Assembly (NCBI RefSeq): GCF_963921235.1
Contig: NC_086099.1
Span: forward strand, 45,632,001 to 45,696,000
DNA from: Mobula hypostoma
Taxonomy: Eukaryota
Reading direction: 5' to 3'
DNA length: 64,000 nucleotides
Under the pieces are notes generated by a model that made no database searches, had not been told where the DNA came from, and saw only the letters and a list, made by a program, of their open reading frames with translations. Numbering within the stretch: the stretch's first letter is position 1; every line of letters starts with the position of its first letter. Position numbers and translations under genes: made by a program. Shown in pieces: positions 1 through 10,863 of the stretch.

Positions 1-2510
1 CACATGAGACTGCTCCAGTATAATTTTCTTATCTTTGGCGTCACACCAGCTCCAGCAATTTGGCAAAGAGCGATGGACCAAGTGCTCCAAGATAACCCAG
101 GAACACAATGTTATCTTGATGACATCGTTGTGACCGGCAAAATTGATGAAGAGCACCTCCAGAACCTTGGTAAAGTGGTTACCAGGCTGACTGAGTATGG
201 GCTGTGTGCAGAGAGAAATGTGTTACCTACTACCACAGGTTTCTCCCAAACATTACTATAGTGCTGCACCCATTGAATGCACTGTTAGAGACAGGAGCGA
301 AGTGGGAATGGTCAGAAAGATATGAAAGAGCGTTCAGGGAAACAAAGAGACTAATAACATCCAATGAACTGCTCTCCCATTATGATTCAACCCTGCCCAT
401 CAGACTGGTGTGCAATGTGTTCCTTTATGGAATTGGAGCTATTTTGTCACTCATTATGAAAGATGGATCTGAACACCCAATTGCATTTGCTTCAAGATCA
501 CTGATGAGCGCAGAAAGCAATACACACAGATTGACCAAGAGGCCCTTAGTGTAGTATGGTGAACGACGAGTTCCACTGCCACTTCTATGATAAAAGTTTA
601 CTCTAGTGACAGACCACCAGCCCCTTGCGTCTATATTCAATCCCAGGAAGGGAATTCCAGTGATGACTGCTACCCAGTTACAACATTGGGCGCTGCTCCT
701 AGGAGCTCACACTTATGACATAGAGTTCAAGGTGCCAAACAACACAGCAACACTGATGGCTTGTCACATCTTCCAGTATTGGCAACTGAAGAAGAGAAGT
801 CTTCATACTGTGACCCAGCAGAAGTGTTCCACAGCGCATTGGTGGACCAGCTGCTGGTAATCAATTCCAAAATACAAAGGGAAATGAGGAAGGACCCGTT
901 GTCAAAAGTCTATGAAATCACCATAGCAAGCTCAGGGTAATCCTTTGTCTCCAGAGTTCTCACCAAAATGAGACCAACTGTCAGTATGTCACTGATGTCT
1001 GGATCTTGTGTTGTAGTTCCCTCTAAACTGCACACCACAGTGTTAGAAAATCTGCATGAAAGACACCTGGGTACAGTCAAGATGAAGAGTCTTGTCTGGA
1101 GCTACATGTGATGGGCCACGAACAGATAAGCAGATTGAAAACTTGGCCAAAGGCTGTTTGGGATGCCAAAAAGTTCAAAATGCATCTCCATGGCCACTGT
1201 TACACCTGTGGAACTGGCCGTCTTCACCATAGCAGAATATATATTGACTTTGCTGGGCCATTCATGGACTCCATTCTGTGATTGCTGTGGTTACTCATTC
1301 GATGTGGCCTAAGGTTACAGCAATGAAGCCAACCACCTCAGCAAAGACTGTCTCTGCTCTGAGGACCATCTTCACCAGAAACGGCTTACCAGAACAAATT
1401 GTGAGTGATAACGGACCACAATACACGTCAGATGCATTCTGACTGCTCATGAAGGAAAATCATATCAAACAGTTCAAGTCAGCTCCTCACCACCCAGCAA
1501 TGAATGGGTTAGCTGAGTGGTTTATCCAAACCTTCAAGAAGTCCATTAAAGTGATGGACGAGGAGGACATTTCTCTACCTCATAAGGTGGACAACTTCCT
1601 TTTTGTGTATCAGAACTCTGTTCATGCAACGACAAATCGAACACTTGCAATTGTGTTCATGAGCAGGAATCTGAGATCTTGCATAGACCTCCTGAAACCA
1701 GACCTCTGGAGGGAAGTGCAGTATAAACAGCTCAGCCAGTTGCCAAGTGAAGCAGCAAGGAGCTTCCAGATTGGACAAGCACGTGATTACCAAGAAGACA
1801 AGTGGACACCCGGAAGGATAGCTACAAGAACAGGGTCACTGATGTACACAGTGGATGTTGGAGGTCAGATATGGAGACGTTATTTGGACCAGATTCTGAA
1901 TGCACAACCGAAGAACACTCCTGAGTTGATTATATCCAACAAGATGGACACATTAAAGTCACCTGATTTATCTCCCAGTGACAATTACGTCACTGATAGC
2001 AATGTGACAAAGGAAACCGAGAACGTCGTCTTAGACAACACCCTACCAAACCCGATGCCATTCCATAGATCCAGAGGTGTGATGAGAACGTTATTGTTGA
2101 CAAGACACCTGCCAAACTTGATGCCACTCCACAGGTCCGGAGGTGCTGTCCTGAAAGGAAAAGAGCACCACCCAAAAGATTGAATCTTCAGAACTGTGAA
2201 GCTAGTTATGGACTGTTATTGTAAAAGCATCTTTATTTGGAATACAAGTTTATGAAAGGGAAATTAATCTTTAGTACATATACAGTTTTATGCTGCATTA
2301 ATCTAAAGGGGGATGAAGAGTAATGCATGGATCTATTTCTTTTGGAACAATGATCCCCACCCCCCCCAGCACCACGTATTGATATGTTGTCTACGCATGC
2401 ACATTGTTCTCTCTTTCTCTCTCTCACTGCAATGCGAATACACCAGCTAAAGCCATCTCCCTCGTGCATGCTTTTATTGAATAGATGCATAGTTGTTCAC
2501 AGGCACAACA
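1..2510 (+). mobile_element. Degenerate Gypsy/Ty3 LTR retrotransposon (pol: RT, RNase H, integrase) with polypurine tract and 3' LTR; its 5' part lies outside the window
   Basis: Frameshifted ORFs 4-261 (FGVTPAPAIWQR, YLDD), 204-554 (RNase H, GIGAILS, PIAFASRSL), 606-860 (TDHQPL) and 1449-2183 (integrase, SAPHHPAMNGLAE, WTPG). Purine tract AAAGGGGGATGAAG at about 2305-2318. Confidence 0.92.
2319..2510 (+). repeat. Short 3' LTR of the Gypsy element
   Basis: Starts right after the purine tract (AGTAATG, expected TGTAATG) and ends ...CACAACA at 2510, where Penelope sequence begins abruptly. Confidence 0.65.
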
Positions 2511-3720
2511 TCCCCCTTCTTCTCTTCCATCATTAATGCAGCCCTCACCTGCATCTCCTCCATTTCCCAGATATTCGTCCTCAAACCATCTTCCCACCGC
2601 CGTAACAGAGATACCATCCACGAGCCTCTGCAGCCAGTATGTTATTTTATGCAACTTCCGCCATCTTCTACGGGGCCCTACTACCAAACACACCTTCACC
2701 TCCCTCCACTTTTGTCAGGGATTGCTCCCTCCATGATTCCCTTGTCCATTCATCCCTCCCCACTAATCTCTCTCCTGGGACTTATTCCTGCAAGTAGAAG
2801 TGTACACCTGCCTACTCACCTCCTCCACCATCTCCATTTAGGATGCCAAACCCTCCTTCCAGGGGAGGCAACACTTTACCTGTGAATCTGTTGGAGTTGT
2901 CTAGTGTACCTGGTGCTCTTGATGTGGCCACCTCTAATTTGGTAATACCGGCATAGATCGTGGGGAACTGTTTCATCGAGCACCTTCACTCCATCTGTAA
3001 ATAGCAGGATTTTCCCAGTGGCCAACTATTTTAATTCCTCTACTGCCTCGATGAGGCCACTCTCAGATTAGAGGTGCAACTAGGTGGAACTAGAGGTCAC
3101 CTAGGTGGCCTCCAACCTGATGACATGAGCATTGATTTCCCCAATTTCAAGTAATTTTTGCTGCTCACCATTCCCTCTTCTTTTATTCCCTACTCTTACC
3201 TCTTCTCCTCACCTCCTCTTGGTGCCTTTCATCCTTCCTTTTCTCCGATGACCTACTGTCTTCTATCAGATTCCTTCTTCTCCCTATCAGATCTGCCCCC
3301 TCCATCGACTCTTTTAAATCCAGGCTCAAAACTTACCTTTATTCACTAGCGTTTGAATCCTCCTGATGTGGCTGATTTTTGGCTTGTGCCTAGGCCCTTG
3401 TGTTCTTTCTTTTGTGCCTATAAGCTGTTTGCCTTGTTGGTTATGCCTGTGTTTCTCGTATTTGTGATTTTATCTATCTGCTCTGATCTGTACAGCACTT
3501 TGGTCAACGTGCGTTGTTTTTAAATGTGCTATATAAATAAATTTGACTTGACTTGACTTACTTTTTCTACCTATCACCTCCCTGCTTCCAACTTCACCCC
3601 CCTCCCCCACCTACCAGGCTTCACCTATCAACTTCGAGCTTGTACTTGTTCCCCTCCCTCATTTTCTTATTCTGGCTTCTTCCTCTTTCCTTTCCAGTCC
3701 CGATAAGGGACTTCTACTAA
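2511..3720 (+). mobile_element. Old Penelope-like element remnant (RT thumb/GIY-YIG region plus pseudo-LTR); target of the Gypsy and L2 insertions
   Basis: Colinear with the younger Penelope copy at 39110-40504. ORF end GATTTCCCCAATTTCAAGTAA at about 3153, then a pyrimidine-rich pseudo-LTR with a decayed hammerhead (CAGTCCCGATAAGGG, about 3695-3710). Confidence 0.8.
3284..3560 (+). mobile_element. 5'-truncated L2-clade LINE 3' end
   Basis: ORF2 C-terminus (TTTAAATCCAGGCTCAAAACTTACCTT = FKSRLKTYL), 3' motif GTACAGCACTTTGGTCAAC...GTTGTTTTTAAATGTGCTATATAAATAAA and a (TTGAC)n tail. Confidence 0.75.
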
Positions 3721-4167
3721 GCAGTTGGCAGAATTAAGTTTAGAGTAAGAGAATGGTGGGATGACTTACGCTAGCTGCAAACTTTCCTTAAATGCCTGGG
3801 AGTAGCAAATCTGACCCTCAAGGGAACTCAAACACTTAATTCTAAACTTACTTCTTGGCCTTGTTCTGCCCCAGGAATCAGCTCTCTGCTGGTTTTCCCT
3901 AGATATCGCTTTGCTGTTGTAGATGTTCTATTCAAAATGCCAGATGAGTGTAGCAGTGTGGTGTGGGTGACTCATTATCTCAGTCATCCCTCCCCTATCA
4001 GTTCACCCCAGAAACAGAGACTTGCTTAAAATTAGGCTAAAGATTACCATGGTGAAGTTGCAATCTACTCACCTTGGATGCAGACCATCATTCATTTTGT
4101 TGTTCCACAGGAAGTGGAATGGTTCTTCATATTAAATCTAGTACTTGAATAATATACATCTCTCACA

Positions 4168-4440
4168 ACACAAACAAAACACTGGAGTAACTCAGAAGGT
4201 CAGACAGCATATGTAGAGTGAAATAAATAGTTGACATTTCCCACCTGTTTCCCTTTCTTCCATGGTCCACTGTCCCTCCTATTAGATTTCTTCTTCTTCA
4301 GTCCTATACTTCTTCCACCTATCATCTCCCAGCTTCTCACATCAACCCTTCCCCCATCTTCCCCCTCACCTGGTTTCAACTATCACCTGTTACCTTCTAG
4401 CCCTTCCCCCACCTTATTATGCTGATATCTCCCTTCTTCC
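4168..4440. mobile_element. Old inverted Penelope pseudo-LTR remnant (minus arm, then plus arm)
   Basis: 4168-4240 is the reverse complement of the pseudo-LTR 3' end, ending in a hammerhead remnant (GTTGACATTTC). 4241-4440 is pseudo-LTR sense sequence. Confidence 0.6.
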
Positions 4441-4942
4441 TCAAATTATACCCAAATCCATCCTTTCTGTTAATCCTATTCACCCTGCATGGCTGGAGGA
4501 ATTAGAACTTCCACCACCAACCTCCACTAAGATAATCTTACAGCCAGGTATTGAAAGGTAAAAGTGAATAATCTGAAAGGCCAGTCCCTTATGCAAGCAG
4601 AAAAATGCTTTTGCTCCTTTTCAAAATTGTTGCCCTACGGAGATTTGTGGGCAGCAATATATGGAGGCAGCTTGTAGCCACTTTGAAACAGAAGTGTGCA
4701 TTCTGTACTTTAGTGTAAGAGGTACAGATATTTCTATTTATGCAATGAATCAAACATGTTTATATTCTGTGTGTCTTCTCTGACAATATTTAAATAATTG
4801 CATAAAGGCTAAAGTTTATACTGTTAAAAAACTGTAGATTTCAAAACCCTAATCGGAACAGACATAACAATTTGAAACTCCATTGGGTTAATTCCAGCTG
4901 TACGAAACTTCAGTGAATTGCACCACACCTGCACCAATTCAC

Positions 4943-4972
4943 CTTTTACTGCACCATTCTGAAGTCAGTCAA
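4943..4972 (-). other. Candidate 30-nt micro-exon of a minus-strand transcript
   Basis: Acceptor TTTCTTGTTATATCCCTATTGTAG and donor AAG|GTGAAT. Sequence signals only. Confidence 0.3.
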
Positions 4973-5155
4973 CTACAATAGGGATATAACAAGAAACTGC
5001 AGCCTAAACATTAAATGAAAGACATGAATGAAATTGATATACTCATCAATATCTGTTTGTAACATTAGATATATTTTTAGCTGCATTTGTGATGGAGCAT
5101 GCTACTGATTGAGATTATAATTTGAGCAGAGGGAGTATCAACATTCATAACTTAC

Positions 5156-5244
5156 ATCTTGACCAGGAGTTATGTAATCATTAATATTTAAGTTGCTTTC
5201 AATTATACAACAGCAGTGCTCTCAAGGTCTTGCGCAATGGGTTG
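5156..5244 (-). other. Candidate exon (probably 5' UTR or non-coding) of an unidentified minus-strand transcript
   Basis: Strong acceptor TTTTTTTTTGTTTCAG and donor GAT|GTAAGT, in non-repetitive sequence. Confidence 0.55.
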
Positions 5245-5711
5245 CTGAAACAAAAAAAAACTGCTAACACACAACATAAAATATGTATAAGGTATAGAAT
5301 AATTAATTCTTCAACAACTAGAAATGTTATATCCAATATTTTTAATTTCAATTAATATTACATCTTACTTCAGTGCTTCACTTACATAATGTTATGGTAG
5401 AAATTCTGAATAACTTTAAACTGAAGGGGTTAAACCATTTTTGGCTTTTGGTATATTTATGGCATAAGCAATTTTCTCGTTATAAAATATAAAAATGTTG
5501 TATCATCTAAGCTTTCATATGAATTCGATTTGGACCTAAATCTGAACTTAATGCTGTATCTTGAACAGTTAAAGCTCCTTTACAAATTTTGACTGATGAA
5601 TAGAAAAAAACTGTTGACAAACAAATCCAACCTGCCTATAAACAAAACTTGATCAAGTGAAGCTGGTCTAAATGTTACCAGTTTTTTTTTAAACAGTTAA
5701 TACATACATAC

Positions 5712-5815
5712 TTATCACTGTGAAGGGAAATGTAGTCTACTGCCCCATGCATCTTGCCAGACAAATATTCAGAAAAGTTTCTCCCCCCAAGTTGACCAGA
5801 CGCTTTTTCAAACAA
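5712..5815 (-). other. Candidate 104-nt exon of the same transcript
   Basis: Acceptor TTTTTAATCTGCCAG and donor AA|GTATGT. More GC-rich than its flanks. One open frame (LFEKASGQLGGRNFSEYLSGKMHGAVDYISLHSD) that I do not recognise. Confidence 0.5.
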
Positions 5816-6224
5816 CTGGCAGATTAAAAATATTACTTTATTAGAAGGAACTTAGTTTTTCTCAGAAATAGTTTATGCAAAAATCTTTTTTTGGTTTGAT
5901 TAACATTGTCCAGTGCAAGATATATCAGGCAACAGAGTTTATCTTTATACAGATTAATAGCCATTCTCTCAGTTCACTGACTCTGCCAACAGTAACAGTG
6001 GACTTTGTGGGAAGGGGAAAATCACCATGATACTTACTTTGAAATATCATTTTTATAGTCTTTCTGATTATTGTTAGGCAACAGACTTTAAAATACTTCT
6101 ATACTCATATTCCAAATTCTTTGTGGTTTAACCCTTAATAGCTGTGTCTTTTTTGCTATTTACCTTTGTTTTCATGTACATTTAACATTTGTTAATTAAC
6201 TTCATAAGAGGTTTAAAAGATATA

Positions 6225-6777
6225 CAGTCAGTGGCTACTTCATCAGGCACATCTGCACATCTTGAAAAAGGAAATATTTAATCATCCCATCATGCGGAAG
6301 CAACTCAATGCATACAAGCATGCAGATGTAGTCAAGAGGTTCAGTTGTTGCTCAGGCCAACCATCAGAATGGGGAAGAAATGTGATCTAAGTGACTTTGA
6401 CTGTGAAATGATTGTAGGTACCAAACAGGATGGTTTGGGTATCTTAGAAACTGCTGATCTGGTGATTTTCATGCACAACAGTCTCTATAGTTTACAGAGA
6501 GTGGTGTGAAAAACAAAAAAAACCCACATCCAGTGAGCAGCAGTTCAGTGGGCAAAAGCACCTTGTTAATGAGGGAGATCAGAGGAGAATGTCCAAACTG
6601 GTTCAAGCTGACAAGAAGGTGACAGTAACTCAAATAACCAGGTGTTACAACAGTAGAGTGCAGAAGAAGCACATCATGTCAAACCTTGAAGTGGACAGGC
6701 AGCAGAAGACCACAAATGTATACACAGTGGCCAGTTTATTAGGTAGAGGAGGTACCTAATAAAGTGGCCTCTGTGTG
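6225..6777 (+). mobile_element. Non-autonomous Tc1/mariner element (internally deleted)
   Basis: TA on both flanks. Ends CAGTCAGTGGCTACTT... and ...CCTAATAAAGTGGCCTCTGTGTG. Remnant of a Tc1 N-terminal HTH (ATGGGGAAGAAATGTGATCTAAGTGACTTTGAC). Confidence 0.8.
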
Positions 6778-7034
6778 TATATTGATGTTATGGCATGTTA
6801 TCTATCACCTATCAAGAAGTTGAGAAAAATATAGTAACCTCACAGCCATGGCCTACAATCATCTTCAAAGGGTAATCCAGAATAGAATTCAATAATGGCC
6901 CTACCAACAAAGCCCACATTCCATTTTTTTGAGAAATATCATTAAACAAGATACCTTGGCAAATGTGTTCATCTTGAGTAACATTAAGTACAATGGGGTT
7001 AAATTAGAGGGAGGGAAATTTACTAACCACAAGG

Positions 7035-8035
7035 GTGTGTGCTTAGTCTCCTGCTCTACTCACTTTACATTTATGACTGTGTGGCTAAGCCATTGCCATA
7101 TTTAAGTTTGCTGACAACACCACTGTTGTAGGCTGAATCAAATGTGGTGATGAATCAACTTACAAGAGAGCAATTTAAAAACTCACAGAGTGGTGCCACA
7201 ATAACCTCTTACTCAATGTCAGCAAGATCAAGGAGCTGATTATTGACTTCAGGAGGAGGAAACTCCATGAGCCAGTACTTATCAAGGTGGAATGGGTCAG
7301 CAACTTTAAATTCCTCAGTGTCATCAATTCAGAACATCTGTCCTAAGCCCAGTATGTAAGTGCAATTACAAAATAAAGCACACCAGCTCCTTAGGAGTTT
7401 GCTCATGATTCGGCATGACATCTAAAACTTTGACAAACTTCTATAGATATGTGGTGGAAAGTACACTGACTGGCTGCATCACAGCCTGGTCTGGAATCAC
7501 CAATGCTCTTGAATGGGGAATCCTACAAAAATTAGTGGATACAGCCCAGTCCGTCACGGGTAAAGCCCTCCCTTCCTCTGAGCACATCTACACAGAGTGC
7601 TGTCACAGGAAACAGCACCCATTATCAGGCTCCCAGGTCATGCTGTCTTTTTGCTGCTGCCATCAGGAAGAAGGTACTCAGGACTCACAGCACCAGGTTT
7701 AGGAACAGTTACTACCCCTCAAACATCAGGCTCTTAAATTAGAAGGGATAACTTCACTCAGCTCATCACTGATCTATTCCCATAACCTATGAACTCACTT
7801 TCAAAGACTTTTCATCTCATGTTCTGGATATTTAATGCTTATTTATTTATTTATTTGCTTATTTTAAATTTTGTATTTGTAGTTTGCTGTCTTTAGCTCA
7901 TTGTTGGGTCTGTCCTGTTGGGTGTGGTCTTTTATTGATTATAGTATGTTCCTTGGACCCCACAAGAAAATGAATCTCAGGCTTGTATGTGGTGATATAC
8001 ATGTACTTTGATAATAAATTTACTTTGAACTTTGA
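7035..8035 (+). mobile_element. Rex1/Babar-type LINE 3' portion (degenerate)
   Basis: RT remnants (AAGTTTGCTGACAACACC = KFADNT; LTNFYRYVVESTLTGCITAW in ORF 7415-7702). 3' end AATAAATTTACTTTGAACTTTGA. Confidence 0.8.
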
Positions 8036-8989
8036 TTTTTCCCTTCTTGTTCTTGTAATTATAGAAATAATAAACAGCCTTTTTTTTCCCTTCATCCTTT
8101 ATTGTTATATAAGCAGGTGGGTGCCAGTGCTAGTAATCTGAAATAAGTGCAAAGTTAATTGTAGGATTACTGTACATTTAAGTTTCCATTTCTAATGATT
8201 TTTAAAATAATAATCCAAGTAGACCTAATTTATTATGCACTGGATAATAAGACTCTCACTGTAACACTGAAACAGTGCTCTTGGGGATTATAGTAGTTAC
8301 AAGGCAGCTTCAACCCTGCAGGACAAGAATATAGCACCCATATATGTTGTTAAGGGCACATTTAATTTGCGAAGTTATCTAGAAACTTTTACAGAAAATA
8401 TAAAATATTATGCATTTTTAAAAATTGAATTGCATACGCTACACATTTCCAGTTTATCTACAAAATGCAAATTTAAACCAATGCTCTGCCTACCTATTCA
8501 GTAGTGTTACGGATGTCATAGCACAACAGGGAGCAGGAATTGTCCGCAGCTATCTACTGTCAATTTTCCTTCAGTCTACTATTGACATTCAATCATGTAT
8601 CTCAATGCTATTTGTGCCAAATTATTCCGGACGAAATAGTTCTCATACATAATACATAATAAAAGATTTCATTAGGTAAACACATCAACACTGAAATATG
8701 CAACTTCCACTCTTTTATGCCCAAGTTCTTAATCTTTAATACATGGGAGAATTAGGTCGACTCAGTAACAGAAAGTCACCAAGAAAGGTATGCACCGAGG
8801 CAAAGCAATTTTACGTATTCCTTCCAGCGGGTTTTGGGCAAGTGGGGTGACGTGAAAAGCACAATGAATTCACAAATGATTCTTATTTTTTTCCTCCTGC
8901 TGAAGGATGTGGAGTTCCTATACGTGAAAAGAAACAATCTACAGGGGTGGTGGGGATGAGTTTTGCAGCTAGAGACTTCACGAACTTTT

Positions 8990-9860
8990 CCAGCAACCTA
9001 CCGGAGGGTCAAAACATGAACCAAGGGCAGACTGGGGAACTGCGAGTGCTCTGCACTCGAGCAGGGGTGGAAAGCCGGGATCACGCACCGACTTCCCATG
9101 TTCAACCAGGAAACAAGGCGGTAAGAACGTCGAGGCTAAGAGCAGCGTGTAAAAGAAACGTTACCCGGAGTAGTCGGAGGTCCTCAGGGAGCTGGTAGAT
9201 CGCGACCGCGGTTTCAACACAATGTGGCTCATGCTGAAGTGTACAGATCCCGCCAGGATCCTGGCGCCGGCTCGCCTCCTTTTCCCTTCTTCACATCTTA
9301 TTTCCTTGTCTGATCACCTCGTCTGAAAGATGGCTCTGGCCGGCTCACCCCTTTCGATAGCTTGTTTCTTCACACGAGCCCGAATTACTCAAGCTTCAAC
9401 TGTTCGGAAGTGACAGCGCGTCCTCCCTCCCTCCCTCCCTCGCCGCTCTGCTGGCGTCTGTCTGTTCTGGCTCAGCGTTGGGACCGGCTGCACTCTCCGA
9501 GGGCGGGCAGCCGATCGCCGCTCCCGGACGAGGAGAGAAGCGCCAGTGTCCAGCGACCCCCTCCGCCTCTGTATGGGCACGCTGCCGGCGATCACATCCT
9601 TTTTTGCCGGCGAACAGATGTAGTGTTTCCCGGCTTACCCGCCACCTGCCGCCACTCTCTTGCTGCCTTGTTCTCAACCACCTCTTTTCACCTCCCCATC
9701 TGATACCTTGGAGTATCAAATACCCCGGGCCCCAGCACTCTCTCACTGCCCGCACCTCTTGATGTAGACTGACCCCCCGCCCCCCGCCAGACTGTAAAAG
9801 TTTTTCGTCGGGAAGCCACGCTGAGGTTTCGGCGGCTTAGTGCGGGGACATACATTGCTG
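8990..9860. promoter_or_regulatory. CpG-island promoter with candidate first exons on both strands
   Basis: The largest GC- and CpG-rich non-repeat block in the window. ETS/GABP motifs (CGGAAGTG about 9405, CGGGAAG about 9809) and a GC box (CCCCGCCCC about 9775). Minus-strand donors CGG|GTAAGC (exon ends 9639) and GGG|GTGAGC (exon ends 9349). Plus-strand donor GCG|GTAAGA (exon ends 9120). Confidence 0.8.
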
Positions 9861-10694
9861 TACTTCCAGGAGGTGATTTTTGCTTCTCCCGAGGGCAGTT
9901 TTGGAGTTTTGTTTACTTCCAACTGAGATATCAGGGGCTGTGGATGTGGGGGGAAAGTTTTCATTGCTGGAATGTTCATTGTCGTGGACAGTCATACCCA
10001 ACGTGTAAATGTCATGAAAACTAGCTCTCCGCAGCAGCAGCAGAGTATATTACTAACATGGCAAACATAAATTACATTAACTTAAAGTAATTAGTTATTC
10101 ATAACATGCCATAAAAGAAAAATAAATTTAACAACATTAGTGTGCAAATTGAGAGAAATATAGTCTGGAGATAGAATTAGGGTTTTCAGGTCGGCAGTCA
10201 GCACCAAGGTTACTGGAGTGCATAACTTCACTCCTGTATATTGTACACTACAGTGTATTTACTGCTGTATTTATTACTGTACTACCATGTGTAATCTTTG
10301 CTCTGCGAACCTCACACAAGCAAGGAATTTCATTGGCTGTATATGACAATAATCTATTCTGAATCTGAATCTATCAGTGATTTCTTTCCAATGCTTTGCT
10401 CCACATTATTATTATTCACATCTCGCACATGTTAATAAAATATTCTGCCAGCAATGAATAAGCTTTCAATTACATTCACTAGACATGGCTACAGAGCACC
10501 CAAGCCAAATGTTTCTAGGACTGTTCCACTTGATGTAGTTGTCATCATTTAACATTAACTTAGTTTGAGCTGTAATGTGCAGAGTGCTGTGCATCTCCCC
10601 ACACCGCGGGCCCAGGATTCCGCCTCACATCACTTTGATTTCTCTACATCTCCTATACGAACATACAACAGCAAGAAAAAAAAAGGCCTTTCAG

Positions 10695-10779
10695 GATATC
10701 TGGAGTGGAGATGGCATCAGAAAGCTACTAAAAAGTGATCTTGCTCAGTCTCTTAATGTCACCTCATACTCCTGGCCTG
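10695..10779 (+). other. Candidate exon of a plus-strand (divergent or antisense) transcript
   Basis: Acceptor CCTTTCAG (short pyrimidine tract) and strong donor CTG|GTGAGT. Confidence 0.3.
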
Positions 10780-10863
10780 GTGAGTGTTTTTGTTACAATC
10801 TCTTTGCATCTGTCAGGTGAAATATGGAAACTTTATATAATCCATTGAAAGGAAATCACAAAC

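Noticed and set aside
4975-5157. Spliced AT|G-CTG-CAG-TTT-CTT giving MLQFL, like the STMP1 N-terminus
   Set aside because: The frame stops after 10 codons, there is no good donor after MLQFL, and no downstream STMP1-like exon is visible.
5725-5738. ZNF143/THAP11 motif (GACTACATTTCCC) as a second promoter
   Set aside because: It lacks the downstream part of the full motif, has no CpG context and lies inside a candidate internal exon.
4973-6037. snoRNA-host gene with intronic snoRNAs
   Set aside because: I found no properly spaced C/D or H/ACA boxes with terminal stems on the minus strand.
8947-9979. Overlapping ORFs in the CpG island as protein-coding genes
   Set aside because: Such ORFs are expected from stop-codon scarcity in GC-rich DNA, and none has a recognisable domain.
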